This document shows, piece by piece, positions 28,112 through 37,959 of a DNA stretch of 64,000 bases. Each line of letters begins with the position of its first letter. Within the stretch, counting starts at the first letter, position 1. Made by a program: the position numbers and the translations under genes. The notes below the pieces were generated by a model. That model saw only the letters and a program-made list of their open reading frames with translations, was not told the DNA's origin and did no database searches. Origin of the DNA: Candidatus Poribacteria bacterium (lineage in GTDB: Bacteria > Poribacteria > WGA-4E > WGA-3G); NCBI GenBank assembly GCA_964291315.2, contig OZ219753.1, forward strand, positions 1,440,001 to 1,504,000, in the 5' to 3' direction.

Positions 28112-29860
28112 TCATATCTTATCCTTTTTTTCAAGATCTTTTGAGGCATTGGTCTGCTTTCCACGCCCCGATTTCGCGTTGTGATGAGGCTGTGATTGGT
28201 CTGTAATAACCGTCTCCTCGCCGAGCATGTCGATGATTTTTACGGCTACGCGGGCATCACGGCGCGGAAGCGTTACCCTATATTGCCCCTCAACAAAATC
28301 GGACTTTCTCTCTGGCACATCACTCTCAACAATTGTGAAATGCTCGCCACTATAGTCTGCGTCAATCAGAACACAATCAATCTGTGCACGAAAGTCACCC
28401 AGCTGTTCGTCAAAGATAGTGCGGTCTAGCTCCATCCGTGCCAAGATGCTCGGGCTTAGGTAATCTGACAACGTAATCTTGACGATGAGCCCCACTCTTT
28501 CAAAGCTAACCTCTGCTTCAGCAGGGGCATACGTCGTGATACCTTCGCGTTGAATATCACGAACAATGAGCTTGTTAATCGGACGATGCCGGTTGGCTCT
28601 ATCAAGTTCTGCTTGTATGCCGACTTCACTGCCGTTGCACAAGACTGTGATGTTGCGGGTCTCGTCTGGCGAGTTTCGGAGTTCGTCTTTGATGAGCTGG
28701 ATATCCAAGCGTGTGAGCGGTTTTCCGAGATCAGCGATTTTGACCAGCGTGCCATCGAGGGTGCCGTCAAAGAAGGCGGCTTTCCTGTCGGTTTGCACGC
28801 CGTATTTAGCGATGAGGATCTGTCTGAGTTCGTGCTGGGTCTGAAAATCGTAGTTATTGATGCGGTAGTGTGCGATGCCGCGGGTTTGGTGGCTGCTGTT
28901 TTGTATTCGTTTGAGAGTTGTCTGTATGGCACCTTTATTGAGGTCAGCGGCGATCCAGCGTCTGCCGAGTTTGTCGGCTACAGCGGGGGTTGTGCCGCTG
29001 CCGACAAAGCAGTCGAGAACAATGGAGTCTTCATTCGTTGATGCGTTAAGAATACGGTCAAGCAGGGCCTCAGGCTTTTGCGTAGGGTAGTCTTCTCTTT
29101 CTTTAGACACATTAATGATGGGTTTTATGTCGTCCCACGTGTCTCTGATATATACGTCTGCAAAATAGCGACCTTTTTCATCTACCTGTTCATTAAAGAA
29201 GGGTTTCTCATAAAAGATACGTTCTTGTAAAGTATGGTGTACATATTTGCTTGACTTAGCATAAAATAATAATACATCGTGTTTTCGAGGCCAGGAATTT
29301 TTTCCAACTCCGCCTGTACGATAAGACCATATTATTTCATTTTTAAAATTGTCTTCACCAAAAACTTCATCCAGCAGAAATCTCAAATGATGGGTTTTGC
29401 GCCAGTCACAATGTAGATAGAGACTCCCTTTTTCGCTGAGGAGTTCACGCATCAAGAGGAGTCTTTCATACATAAATTGGAGGTAGTTGTCATTTGCCCA
29501 GATGTCGGTGTATTGTGTCTGCTCAATAACAGTGTGGCCTTCACCTTCTAAGTTCCTCTGATCACCGCGTAATTTTACTTTTCGCACATAATCTGCCCCG
29601 CTAGCAAATGGGGGATCGATATAAATAAGGTCTATCTTCCCACGGAAACCCTGCACAAGAAGTGTGGAGAGGATCTCCTTGTTATCTCCGTGAAAAATCA
29701 GGTTGGGGCCTTCCAAAAATTTATTGTAAGTCGGCTCTCTCTCTGGATTTTCAACGTTATAGGTTTCTATGAGTTGTGCGGGATAGGCGTTGACTGTGTC
29801 GATAGGGCGTTTGCCGACCCAGTGCAGCATCGCTCTCCCTTTAATAGGTGTGATTTTCAT
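28112..29860 (-). CDS. mod: Type III-like R-M DNA methyltransferase (Mod), copy B; beta-class N6/N4 MTase
   Basis: LIYIDPPF (motif IV), YPTQKPEALL, LDCFVGSGTT (motif I); 28-aa C-terminal extension relative to copy A. Confidence 0.88.
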   Translation of the reverse strand: MKITPIKGRAMLHWVGKRPIDTVNAYPAQLIETYNVENPEREPTYNKFLEGPNLIFHGDNKEILSTLLVQGFRGKIDLIYIDPPFASGADYVRKVKLRGDQRNLEGEGHTVIEQTQYTDIWANDNYLQFMYERLLLMRELLSEKGSLYLHCDWRKTHHLRFLLDEVFGEDNFKNEIIWSYRTGGVGKNSWPRKHDVLLFYAKSSKYVHHTLQERIFYEKPFFNEQVDEKGRYFADVYIRDTWDDIKPIINVSKEREDYPTQKPEALLDRILNASTNEDSIVLDCFVGSGTTPAVADKLGRRWIAADLNKGAIQTTLKRIQNSSHQTRGIAHYRINNYDFQTQHELRQILIAKYGVQTDRKAAFFDGTLDGTLVKIADLGKPLTRLDIQLIKDELRNSPDETRNITVLCNGSEVGIQAELDRANRHRPINKLIVRDIQREGITTYAPAEAEVSFERVGLIVKITLSDYLSPSILARMELDRTIFDEQLGDFRAQIDCVLIDADYSGEHFTIVESDVPERKSDFVEGQYRVTLPRRDARVAVKIIDMLGEETVITDQSQPHHNAKSGRGKQTNASKDLEKKDKI

Positions 29861-29918
29861 AAAGGTTCTCTATAATTTGTGTATTCACTTCGGAGGTTTC
29901 CAAATACCCACCGCTGTT

Positions 29919-30140
29919 TTAAGTGCTGACTTCAGCGAGTTGTTCTACCAATTCGCTCGGGTGAATTGATAGATACTCTCTGACCTCCAAATTCATCCTG
30001 TCAATTTCGGCAAGAAAACCACCGACGGACAGGCGATAATTTCGCGGATTGGTTTCGACCTCTCGGAGTTTTTCGATCTGCCTTTGAAAGTGTCTAATGC
30101 GTGCTAACGTTGCCTCAAGTTCTTGAGTGTTCCGAATCAT
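29919..30140 (-). CDS. Small helical protein, probable partner of the adjacent nucleotidyltransferase
   Basis: 73 aa, MIRNTQELEATLARI..., overlapping the upstream ORF by 26 nt. Confidence 0.7.
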   Translation of the reverse strand: MIRNTQELEATLARIRHFQRQIEKLREVETNPRNYRLSVGGFLAEIDRMNLEVREYLSIHPSELVEQLAEVST

Positions 30141-30579
30141 TATGAATCACCTCAACTATGCCGCGTCTTGTGTTGTCGCGTCTCATCTGCCAATACTCAA
30201 CCGTTTCTTGTTCACTGCTGAACGCTGCCAGCTTGCGAATCCAGAAAACACTTGCCCCTAAAACATCTTGGGCATCTTGATGGTCGAAAATGAGGGCAGC
30301 TTCACCATGTACCTGATCTGCATCAAACGAATCCTCCATTAGTAGAAAGATATCTATATCACCAGGAGTAGGCTTAGCTGTCACGAAAGAGCCGAATACG
30401 ATAAACCTTGCTACTTTTCCGGTACTGTTTACTAACATGTAAATACGTTCCAATCGTCGTCCAAGGAGGATTCTTTGCACACTTTTGGTACCAAAATGCT
30501 GCAAAATTTCAGTCAACGTCGCTTGATAAATCCCTATTGGGAGATCGCCTTTGTTGTCAAATTCAGGCCATTTTTTCAT
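30115..30579 (-). CDS. Pol-beta-like nucleotidyltransferase (DUF6932-like)
   Basis: N-terminal PEFDNKGDLPIGIY; FGSFVTAKPTPGDIDI (GS...DxD); C-terminal RGIVEV. Confidence 0.75.
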   Translation of the reverse strand: MKKWPEFDNKGDLPIGIYQATLTEILQHFGTKSVQRILLGRRLERIYMLVNSTGKVARFIVFGSFVTAKPTPGDIDIFLLMEDSFDADQVHGEAALIFDHQDAQDVLGASVFWIRKLAAFSSEQETVEYWQMRRDNTRRGIVEVIHNDSEHSRT

Positions 30580-30717
30580 GTGGATTCGAGTTTAGTTTAC
30601 CGTTACGTTAGTGTCCTAACAATATTTTCTTATAAACTATACCACATCTACCCAGCAAAAACCAATTTCGATAACTGACTTTCCACACCCCGGTTTCGCG
30701 TTGCGATGAAGCGGTCA

Positions 30718-32403
30718 TTAGTCTGTAACAACCGTTTCCTCGCCGAGCATGTCGATGATTTTTACGGCTACGCGGGCATCAGGACGCGGAAGCGTTACCC
30801 TATATTGCCCCTCAACAAAATCAGACTTTCTCTCCGGCACATCACTCTCAACAATTGTGAAATGCTCGCCACTGTAGTCTGTGTCAATCAGAACGCAATC
30901 AATCTGTGCCCGAAAGTCGCCCAGCTGTTCGTCAAAGACAGTGCGGTCTAGCTCCATCCGTGCCAAGATGCTCGGACTTAGATAATCTGAAAGCGTAATC
31001 TTGACGATGAGCCCCACTCTTTCAAAGCTAACCTCTGCTTCAGCGGGGGCATACGTCGTGATACCTTCGCGTTGAATATCACGAACAATGAGCTTGTTAA
31101 TCGGACGATGCCGGTTGGCTCTATCAAGTTCTGCTTGTATGCCGACTTCACTGCCGTTGCACAAGACTGTGATGTTGCGGGTCTCGTCTGGCGAGTTTCG
31201 GAGTTCATCTTTGATGAGCTGGATATCCAAGCGTGTGAGCGGTTTTCCGAGATCAGCGATTTTGACGAGCGTGCCATCCAGGGTGCCATCAAAGAAGGCG
31301 GCTTTGCGGTCGGTTTGCACGCCGTATTTAGCGATGAGGATCTGTTTAAGTTCGTGCTGGGTCTGAAAATTGTAGTTATTGATGCGGTAGTGTGCGATGC
31401 CGCGGGTTTGGTGGCTGCTGTTTTGTATGCGCTTGAGAGTTGTCTGTATGGCGCCTTTATTGAGGTCAGCGGCGATCCAGCGTCTGCCGAGTTTGTCGGC
31501 TACAGCGGGGGTTGTGCCGCTGCCGACAAAGCAGTCGAGAACAATGGAATCTTGGTTACTCGATGCTTTGAGGATACGGAAAAGAAGGTTTTCGTTTTTC
31601 TGAGTGTCAAATCCAGTTTTTTCTGAACTGAAACTCATAATTTGAATAGAGTCCATTCGGTCTATATCACTGCAATTCCAGGTATCTTCTATCGGATATC
31701 CCGCACCCTTGGGTCTACTGCCATCTCGTCGAACATAATCATCTGCATAAGGGATATACTCCTTGTTGAAAATAAAGTTGTCCTTATTTTTTGTATAAAA
31801 GTAAATGGTATCATGGTTCCTAATCCAATTTTTGGCTTTTGTCTTATAACCTGAGATCCATCCGATACGCCAGATGATTTCGCGTTGAAAATTATCTGAG
31901 CCAAACACCTCATCAAGAGCAAGACGGAGGTGGTGACTTTTATGCCAGTCACAATGCAGATAGAGACTCCCTTTTTCGCTGAGGAGTTCACGCATCAAGA
32001 GGAGTCTTTCATACATAAATTGGAGGTAGTTGTCATTTGCCCAGATGTCGGTGTATTGTGTCTGCTCAATAACAGTGTGGCCTTCACCTTCTAAGTTCCT
32101 CTGTCCGCCGCGTAGTTTCACCCTTCGCACGTAATCCGCGCCACTGTCAAATGGAGGGTCGATATAAATAAGGTCTATCTTCCCACGGAAACCCTGCACA
32201 AGAAGTGTGGAGAGGATCTCCTTGTTATCTCCGTGAAAAATCAGGTTGGGGCCTTCCAAAAATTTATCGTAAGTCGGCTCTTTCTCTGGATTTTCAACGT
32301 TATAGGTTTCTATGAGTTGTGCGGGATAGGCGTTGACTGTGTCGATAGGGCGTTTGCCGACCCAGTGCAGCATCGCTCTCCCTTTAACAGGGTTAATTTT
32401 CAT
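30718..32403 (-). CDS. mod: Type III-like R-M DNA methyltransferase (Mod), copy A
   Basis: LIYIDPPF, FDTQKNENLL, LDCFVGSGTT; near-identical to copy B outside 31549-31943. Confidence 0.88.
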   Translation of the reverse strand: MKINPVKGRAMLHWVGKRPIDTVNAYPAQLIETYNVENPEKEPTYDKFLEGPNLIFHGDNKEILSTLLVQGFRGKIDLIYIDPPFDSGADYVRRVKLRGGQRNLEGEGHTVIEQTQYTDIWANDNYLQFMYERLLLMRELLSEKGSLYLHCDWHKSHHLRLALDEVFGSDNFQREIIWRIGWISGYKTKAKNWIRNHDTIYFYTKNKDNFIFNKEYIPYADDYVRRDGSRPKGAGYPIEDTWNCSDIDRMDSIQIMSFSSEKTGFDTQKNENLLFRILKASSNQDSIVLDCFVGSGTTPAVADKLGRRWIAADLNKGAIQTTLKRIQNSSHQTRGIAHYRINNYNFQTQHELKQILIAKYGVQTDRKAAFFDGTLDGTLVKIADLGKPLTRLDIQLIKDELRNSPDETRNITVLCNGSEVGIQAELDRANRHRPINKLIVRDIQREGITTYAPAEAEVSFERVGLIVKITLSDYLSPSILARMELDRTVFDEQLGDFRAQIDCVLIDTDYSGEHFTIVESDVPERKSDFVEGQYRVTLPRPDARVAVKIIDMLGEETVVTD

Positions 32404-32505
32404 GGCGAGTACTCCTTGAAACTACACCGACCCTGATAACCCGGACGCTTAATGCGATATAGTCTCTTAGAAATGAGACAGGAAATCTCGGTTAAGTGAG
32501 CATTC

Positions 32506-35169
32506 CTACGAGACTTTTACGTTCGTGTTATCATCACGAATCCATGCCAAGACTTTTTGGACGTCCGGGACATTCTCCTTCATGAATTCTGTATCCGTAT
32601 AGATGATATGGTATTTGAAACGCTCATTAGATTGCAGCTGCCCTAAGCGTTCTACTGCCTTCTTTTTTGCTTCTACGCTTGGGTTCATGCGGTCCCTCTC
32701 AGACTTTATTTCCACGATATAGAATTCGCCGGTGCTTTTGACAATCACAAAATCCGGAAAATAGCGATGATAATTACCGTCATCACCTTTGTATTCAAAG
32801 TGGAAATCGGTTTTTTTAGCGTCTGTCAAGCCCCCAGTAAATAGGAATATCTCTACATCTTCTATTGCGGTATTTAGTGATGCCAAGACAGTCTCAAAAA
32901 ACTCTCGCTCGGGTTTGGTATCGAAGTTGTAAGGTGTATAGTGAAAACTAAGATTGCGTTGATCAAGCAAGACATCCGGATTGAACAGCAGCCTGTCGGT
33001 TCTCATCCGTTCGAGGTTTCTCTTTTGGATACGTAATCGGTGGATGTAGTCCCCGCGGTCATTTTTTTCAAAAAGAGGGCTCCCCTCGTCATCGTGCGTA
33101 TGAATTAGCGCCAGCACTTCAGATACCTCCTCTTCAATCACGCTATAATTTTGTACCTGCCTTTCCACTTGTTGGAACAGTGGATAGAGATGTGTGTTCG
33201 GAACTTCGGCTTCAGGATAGAGCCCTTTGAGTTTTTTGAGGGTCTGCATAAAAGGTAGGTGGTAGTTTGCGCTGATGCGTCTTGCCAACGCGTAGCAATC
33301 CGTTGTCCGGTGGACCGTCTCAACCGTGTCTGACTCGCCGATGCCAGCGAGAGGAGAGGTACCGCCCGTTCGCGTGAAACTCGGGGTCAGTAAGTTGCGA
33401 ATAATCGGGGGCGGTTCTTGCACGTCGGTAGGAATGCTCAACTGGATCTCTGTGGAGGCATCTTCATTCCGTACAACACGAGACACAAACCGAGAAATTT
33501 CTAGTTTCGGCAATGCCGTTTTACGAATACAGACCTCTATTTCTTCAGTTGCGGCGGTATGCCTGCTCAGGCTACCGAGGGTTGTACCGAAGTTTTCTTC
33601 TAATTCTTTATCTAGAATGGATCTGTTCTTTGTGTCCAAAAAGATTTTAGCAGGGAGCTTGTTGCCTTCCACCTGACGCAGACACCGCGTTGAGGCTTGT
33701 AGAACAAAGTTACTACTTGTTGTCTGTTCTTTTATCAAGGCACAGGCAAAGAGACTCGGACAATTCCAGCCCTCCACGCCTTTACCGATAAGCAATAGCA
33801 CACGCTTTTGACTGTCAGGATTGTTAAGTAGGTTGAACTCGTCAATCTCCGATTGACTCGATTTTTGTGTATTGACAAGTATCTGCGCTGGGCTTTCCCC
33901 GATTTTTGCCAGAGCGTTTTCAATATGCAGTTGAGAAGTTTCTAAGTGTTCTTGAGTCTTGAAGTAGAACGCAATTTTTGCTTTTGCACCGTCGGAAAGT
34001 GTTACATCTCCGTAGTGCTCAAAAAATAGGTCTATCACGTTTTGAATAACTTCTTCCTCAGCACCACTTCCAATATGGTAGTGAACTATCCCATGGTGAA
34101 GACTTTTAAGGATATTGTCCTTTATCCCCTCCGCAAGACTATACCATGCAACGACTTCGCGGAGCATCTGCCGCTTATAGTATGGCGTGCCGGTGGTGTT
34201 GATAACAGCAATCACGCCTTTCTTCTCTTTGATGTAGTTAACCGTTTCACGTACCCGTTTGAGTTCCTTGTCCATCCTATTGCCGTAGGTATGGTGTGCC
34301 TCGTCCGAGAAAACCCCCAAATTCGGCAGGCTGGCGATTTTTTGGAGACGGAGGTTCGCCTCTAACGTTGCCTGTTTCTCTTTTTCGGCAAATTCCAATT
34401 CCGTTTGATTCGCGCGTCTCCTCACTTTCGACCGAAGAGCGATTTTCTCGGTGTTTGTGATAATAACGTTGTAGGTGCTACCGGTTTGAACTTGGATTTC
34501 TTTCGCACCTGATTGCGGATAGGTGATTTTAAGGTTGGCGAGAAAGGCACGATGCAGACTAGCAGGCAGAACCTGATCAAACGGGATCTCGCTAATTTCG
34601 CGTAGACTCTCAATAATGGTTGTCCCTGGAGCAAAGACGAGGGCATTCCTCATAAATTCTCCATCCGGATAGCGCAGACCCATCGCGAATTCGGTCGCAA
34701 TAATTGTGCCGATAAGCACTGTCTTGCCGGTGCCCATGGCGAGCGCAAAAATATAGCTTGGGTAAGGAAGCATTACTGCTTCGTGAACGGGATCAATCCG
34801 CTTTTGCCTGACGAATGCGGGGTCTTTTTTTATTTTTTCAATAACATCATCCACATTTTGGATCCATTGGAGCTCGTTTGGATCCAGTGGAATGCCGAGC
34901 GCTTCAAAGAAATCCCGTTTATCCTCGCCGTAATAGTGTTTGTAGAGATCAACAATGTGTGGCGTTTTTCTCACGAGTCTCAGGAACCAATAGAGTTCCA
35001 GCGATTCGAATTGGGGGTGCCGGAGGTATTTGGGAGAAATTCGCTCTTGCGGCTCGCCCTCAAATTGATAACGTAGTATCTCGCCGATGAGCGGGTAGTC
35101 TGGACAAGGGTATCCTTCGTCGCGCCAGCTTAGTCTGTTTTCGCGGAGTTTTTCAAAAAGGTATTGCAT
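32506..35169 (-). CDS. res: Type III-like restriction subunit (SF2 helicase plus C-terminal PD-(D/E)XK nuclease)
   Basis: LAMGTGKT Walker A, DEAHH, TGTP, EGWNCP, QASTRCLR; YFPDFVIVK...IVEIK nuclease motif. Confidence 0.88.
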   Translation of the reverse strand: MQYLFEKLRENRLSWRDEGYPCPDYPLIGEILRYQFEGEPQERISPKYLRHPQFESLELYWFLRLVRKTPHIVDLYKHYYGEDKRDFFEALGIPLDPNELQWIQNVDDVIEKIKKDPAFVRQKRIDPVHEAVMLPYPSYIFALAMGTGKTVLIGTIIATEFAMGLRYPDGEFMRNALVFAPGTTIIESLREISEIPFDQVLPASLHRAFLANLKITYPQSGAKEIQVQTGSTYNVIITNTEKIALRSKVRRRANQTELEFAEKEKQATLEANLRLQKIASLPNLGVFSDEAHHTYGNRMDKELKRVRETVNYIKEKKGVIAVINTTGTPYYKRQMLREVVAWYSLAEGIKDNILKSLHHGIVHYHIGSGAEEEVIQNVIDLFFEHYGDVTLSDGAKAKIAFYFKTQEHLETSQLHIENALAKIGESPAQILVNTQKSSQSEIDEFNLLNNPDSQKRVLLLIGKGVEGWNCPSLFACALIKEQTTSSNFVLQASTRCLRQVEGNKLPAKIFLDTKNRSILDKELEENFGTTLGSLSRHTAATEEIEVCIRKTALPKLEISRFVSRVVRNEDASTEIQLSIPTDVQEPPPIIRNLLTPSFTRTGGTSPLAGIGESDTVETVHRTTDCYALARRISANYHLPFMQTLKKLKGLYPEAEVPNTHLYPLFQQVERQVQNYSVIEEEVSEVLALIHTHDDEGSPLFEKNDRGDYIHRLRIQKRNLERMRTDRLLFNPDVLLDQRNLSFHYTPYNFDTKPEREFFETVLASLNTAIEDVEIFLFTGGLTDAKKTDFHFEYKGDDGNYHRYFPDFVIVKSTGEFYIVEIKSERDRMNPSVEAKKKAVERLGQLQSNERFKYHIIYTDTEFMKENVPDVQKVLAWIRDDNTNVKVS

Positions 35170-35564
35170 TAAGCCTGTTTCCTAGTGGCGAATAATTGTT
35201 AAGAACCTAAATCGAAAAGGGTTCGATAAGATTTCTGCGAAATTGTGCGAGATCTTCCGCGCCTCTAGTAGGCAGCATGTCCAAATCCCGACTATCTATA
35301 AGAATAATAGCACTCTTAAGCAAAAGATTCAATAGAAAAGCATCGGGGCACCGGAGCCATTCTGTTATGGTTTTAACGATCTCTCGGAAATTGTTCAGAA
35401 CAGTGAGGCGCGTGAAACCGAAAACTTGGGCGACACGGTCGGCGATGAATCGCACCGCTACAAGTACCCTGAGATTTTCTGCGTCCAATGTCTTATTTTG
35501 TGGTATACTATTTGCAGAGACGAAAAGCATTCGGCTGTTTGCGGTTTAATTTAGAGGAGGTTAT

Positions 35565-36539
35565 ATGAGCACACCCTCAGAAAGAAAGTGGGATGGATCA
35601 ATTGTCCGGTATCCTGATCCGGCCATAGAAGTATTAGATCCTCGTTTTAAAAAATATACAATCGGTAATTCCGTTGTCGAACGCTTGTGGACAGGATCGC
35701 GGTGGGCAGAGGGGCCTGCCTGGTTCGGCGATGGCGGCTATTTGCTCTGGAGCGACATTCCTAACAATCGGATTCTAAAATGGGAGGAGTCGACAGGCGA
35801 GGTGAGCATCTATCGCGAACCCTCTAACTATAGCAATGGACATACCCGAGATCGACAGGGAAGACTTATCAGTTGTGAACACGGGACCCGGCGCGTCACA
35901 CGCACTGAATATGACGGAACAATTACTGTGGTGATGGACAGCTTTGAAGGTAAACGACTTAATGCCCCTAACGATGTGGCCGTTCATCCGGACGGACATA
36001 TCTGGTTTACTGATCCAGGCTACGGCATTATGCTCAACTATGAAGGACAAGTTGCCGAATTTGAATTGCCCACCTGCGTTTATCGACTCAACCCAGATAC
36101 CGGGAAGGCAACCATCGTCACCGACGAACTCGAAAAACCGAACGGTATCTGCTTTTCGCCTGACTATGAGAAACTTTATCTCGTTGATACCGGCGCAACG
36201 CACAAAGACGGAACGCCGCGCCACCTCTTTGTCTACGACGTAATAGACGGTGAACGGTTAGGCAAACAAGAGGTTTTTTGTGATACCGCCCCCGGTATTG
36301 CTGATGGAATTCGATGCGATGTTGACGGGAACTTGTGGGCAAGCGCGGGGTGGGCTGGCGACGGCTACGATGGTGTACACGTCTTTGCACGCGATGGAAT
36401 ACGAATCGGGCAGATCCATCTTCCTGAAATTTGCGCGAATCTCTGCTTCGGCGGTGTGAAACGGAATAGACTGTTTATGATGGGGAGTCAGTCTCTCTAC
36501 TCGGTTTATGTAGAGGCACAAGGGGTTCCCTATTTTTAG
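35565..36539 (+). CDS. SMP-30/gluconolactonase/LRE family protein
   Basis: WAEGPAW, SNGHTRDRQGRL, LNAPND, PNGICFSPD, ADGIRCDVDG. Confidence 0.92.
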   Translation: MSTPSERKWDGSIVRYPDPAIEVLDPRFKKYTIGNSVVERLWTGSRWAEGPAWFGDGGYLLWSDIPNNRILKWEESTGEVSIYREPSNYSNGHTRDRQGRLISCEHGTRRVTRTEYDGTITVVMDSFEGKRLNAPNDVAVHPDGHIWFTDPGYGIMLNYEGQVAEFELPTCVYRLNPDTGKATIVTDELEKPNGICFSPDYEKLYLVDTGATHKDGTPRHLFVYDVIDGERLGKQEVFCDTAPGIADGIRCDVDGNLWASAGWAGDGYDGVHVFARDGIRIGQIHLPEICANLCFGGVKRNRLFMMGSQSLYSVYVEAQGVPYF

Positions 36540-36550
36540 CTACATAAATA

Positions 36551-37363
36551 ATGGATACCTTAGAACATATAAACTGCCCTATTTGTGAACAAGATAAGAC
36601 GGAGCCGCTTTTTGATAAAGATTCTCTGTCCGTGGTTACGTGCCAGAAGTGTCAGCTACGATATGTCAACCCGCGGGTCAAACAACGAGTGCTTGAGAAG
36701 AGTTACATTGAGACCTACTATCCGCCCGATAAAATGGAACGTATCCATACAGACAGCATGGAATGGTTGCAGATGATGGAGCGGCTCATGGAATTGGAGA
36801 AACGATGTAAAAACAACGGAAAATTGTTGGATGTCGGCTGCGGCATCGGCACCTTCCTCCACCTCGCACGCCGGCGCGGTTGGCAACCGTATGGCGTTGA
36901 CCCGTCTAAGAGTGGTGTCACTTTCGCGCAAAAGATACATAAATTGGATGTGAAATGTGGAGAGGTTTTTGACGCGAATTTTCCAACCGCACATTTCGAC
37001 GCAATTACGCTTTACCATGTGTTAGAACACATCTCGGACTTAAATCTGCTGCTTGACGAGTTACGCCGGGTTCTCAAGCCACAGACAGGCGTGCTTGTCA
37101 TTGAAGTACCGAACGGTGGAAGTCTCCAAAGTTATCTCCAGAAAGCAGATTGGCCCTACGTTCATCCGCGTGACCATCTCTACTATTTCTCAGCACGTTC
37201 CTTGCCGCAGTTGCTGCAAAAACACCGTTTTCACCGCATTAGATTAGGCATACCAAAGCGCGTGAGCCCAACCCCGGGTCTCCGTTTTAAGATCCGGCAA
37301 GCGGCGACATCCGCCTTAGTCCGACTCCATTTAGGAACAGTGATTCGCGTCTATGCAAGTTAG
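36551..37363 (+). CDS. Class I SAM-dependent methyltransferase with N-terminal CxxC...CxxC motif
   Basis: CPIC...CQKC; LLDVGCGIG; YHVLEHI; EVPN. Confidence 0.85.
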   Translation: MDTLEHINCPICEQDKTEPLFDKDSLSVVTCQKCQLRYVNPRVKQRVLEKSYIETYYPPDKMERIHTDSMEWLQMMERLMELEKRCKNNGKLLDVGCGIGTFLHLARRRGWQPYGVDPSKSGVTFAQKIHKLDVKCGEVFDANFPTAHFDAITLYHVLEHISDLNLLLDELRRVLKPQTGVLVIEVPNGGSLQSYLQKADWPYVHPRDHLYYFSARSLPQLLQKHRFHRIRLGIPKRVSPTPGLRFKIRQAATSALVRLHLGTVIRVYAS

Positions 37364-37366
37364 TAG

Positions 37367-37840
37367 CTATCCCTTAGTCTCTGGTTCTTGGTAAGAGAAC
37401 GTTTGGATGACATCGTTCATCAGAAGCCGGCGCGCAATCGTTTCAAGTAATTCAGCGTTCAGGTTACCCGTGAGCCAATACTTATGTCCAGTATGCACCC
37501 GTGTGACCCCGATAATGCCCAAGTCTGTGATGCCTTTGACGGCACTATCGCCCACGGCATCGGTGACACCGGGCTTGAATCGCACTTCAAGCGTCCAATC
37601 CGTTGTAGAGCCGTTTTGAGGTGTGATAGTATAATCTTGTGTAATCGGATCAGCGAGGAGTTCAGCACCAATTCGGTCGATCACTTGCGCATCCAGGGTG
37701 CCTTCAATCCAGTAAACTGTGGCTGTTTGCACAGAATCAACACTGCGAATACCGAGATCGGTTATAGCTTCAAGGATGCCTTGTCCGATGGCATCCGGAA
37801 CTTCAGGTTTGTAGTAGACTTCAACTTTCCAATTATTCAT
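37367..37840 (-). CDS. purS: Tandem PurS-like domain protein (FGAM synthase small/N-terminal module)
   Basis: Two repeats: KPEVPDAIG...LLADPITQ and KPGVTDAVG...LLMNDVIQ. Confidence 0.7.
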   Translation of the reverse strand: MNNWKVEVYYKPEVPDAIGQGILEAITDLGIRSVDSVQTATVYWIEGTLDAQVIDRIGAELLADPITQDYTITPQNGSTTDWTLEVRFKPGVTDAVGDSAVKGITDLGIIGVTRVHTGHKYWLTGNLNAELLETIARRLLMNDVIQTFSYQEPETKG

Positions 37841-37959
37841 AGGACGTGTTTTACCGGTATTGCTTCCATGCATCCGCGGGAAGCGAAATTTCCATATGCC
37901 GACTTCCATGCCACTCCGGTGGTTTAGAAACGCATGAACTGTTCGTAGGGAAACGTGAA

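Noticed and set aside
28112-32403. Duplicated mod blocks as a DGR template/variable pair or an invertible shufflon
   Set aside because: Differences are not adenine-specific, repeats are direct rather than inverted, and there is no reverse transcriptase or recombinase in the window.
35207-35549. Overlapping 107-aa and 90-aa ORFs upstream of res
   Set aside because: Divergent promoter region with no homology cues; not called as a controller protein.
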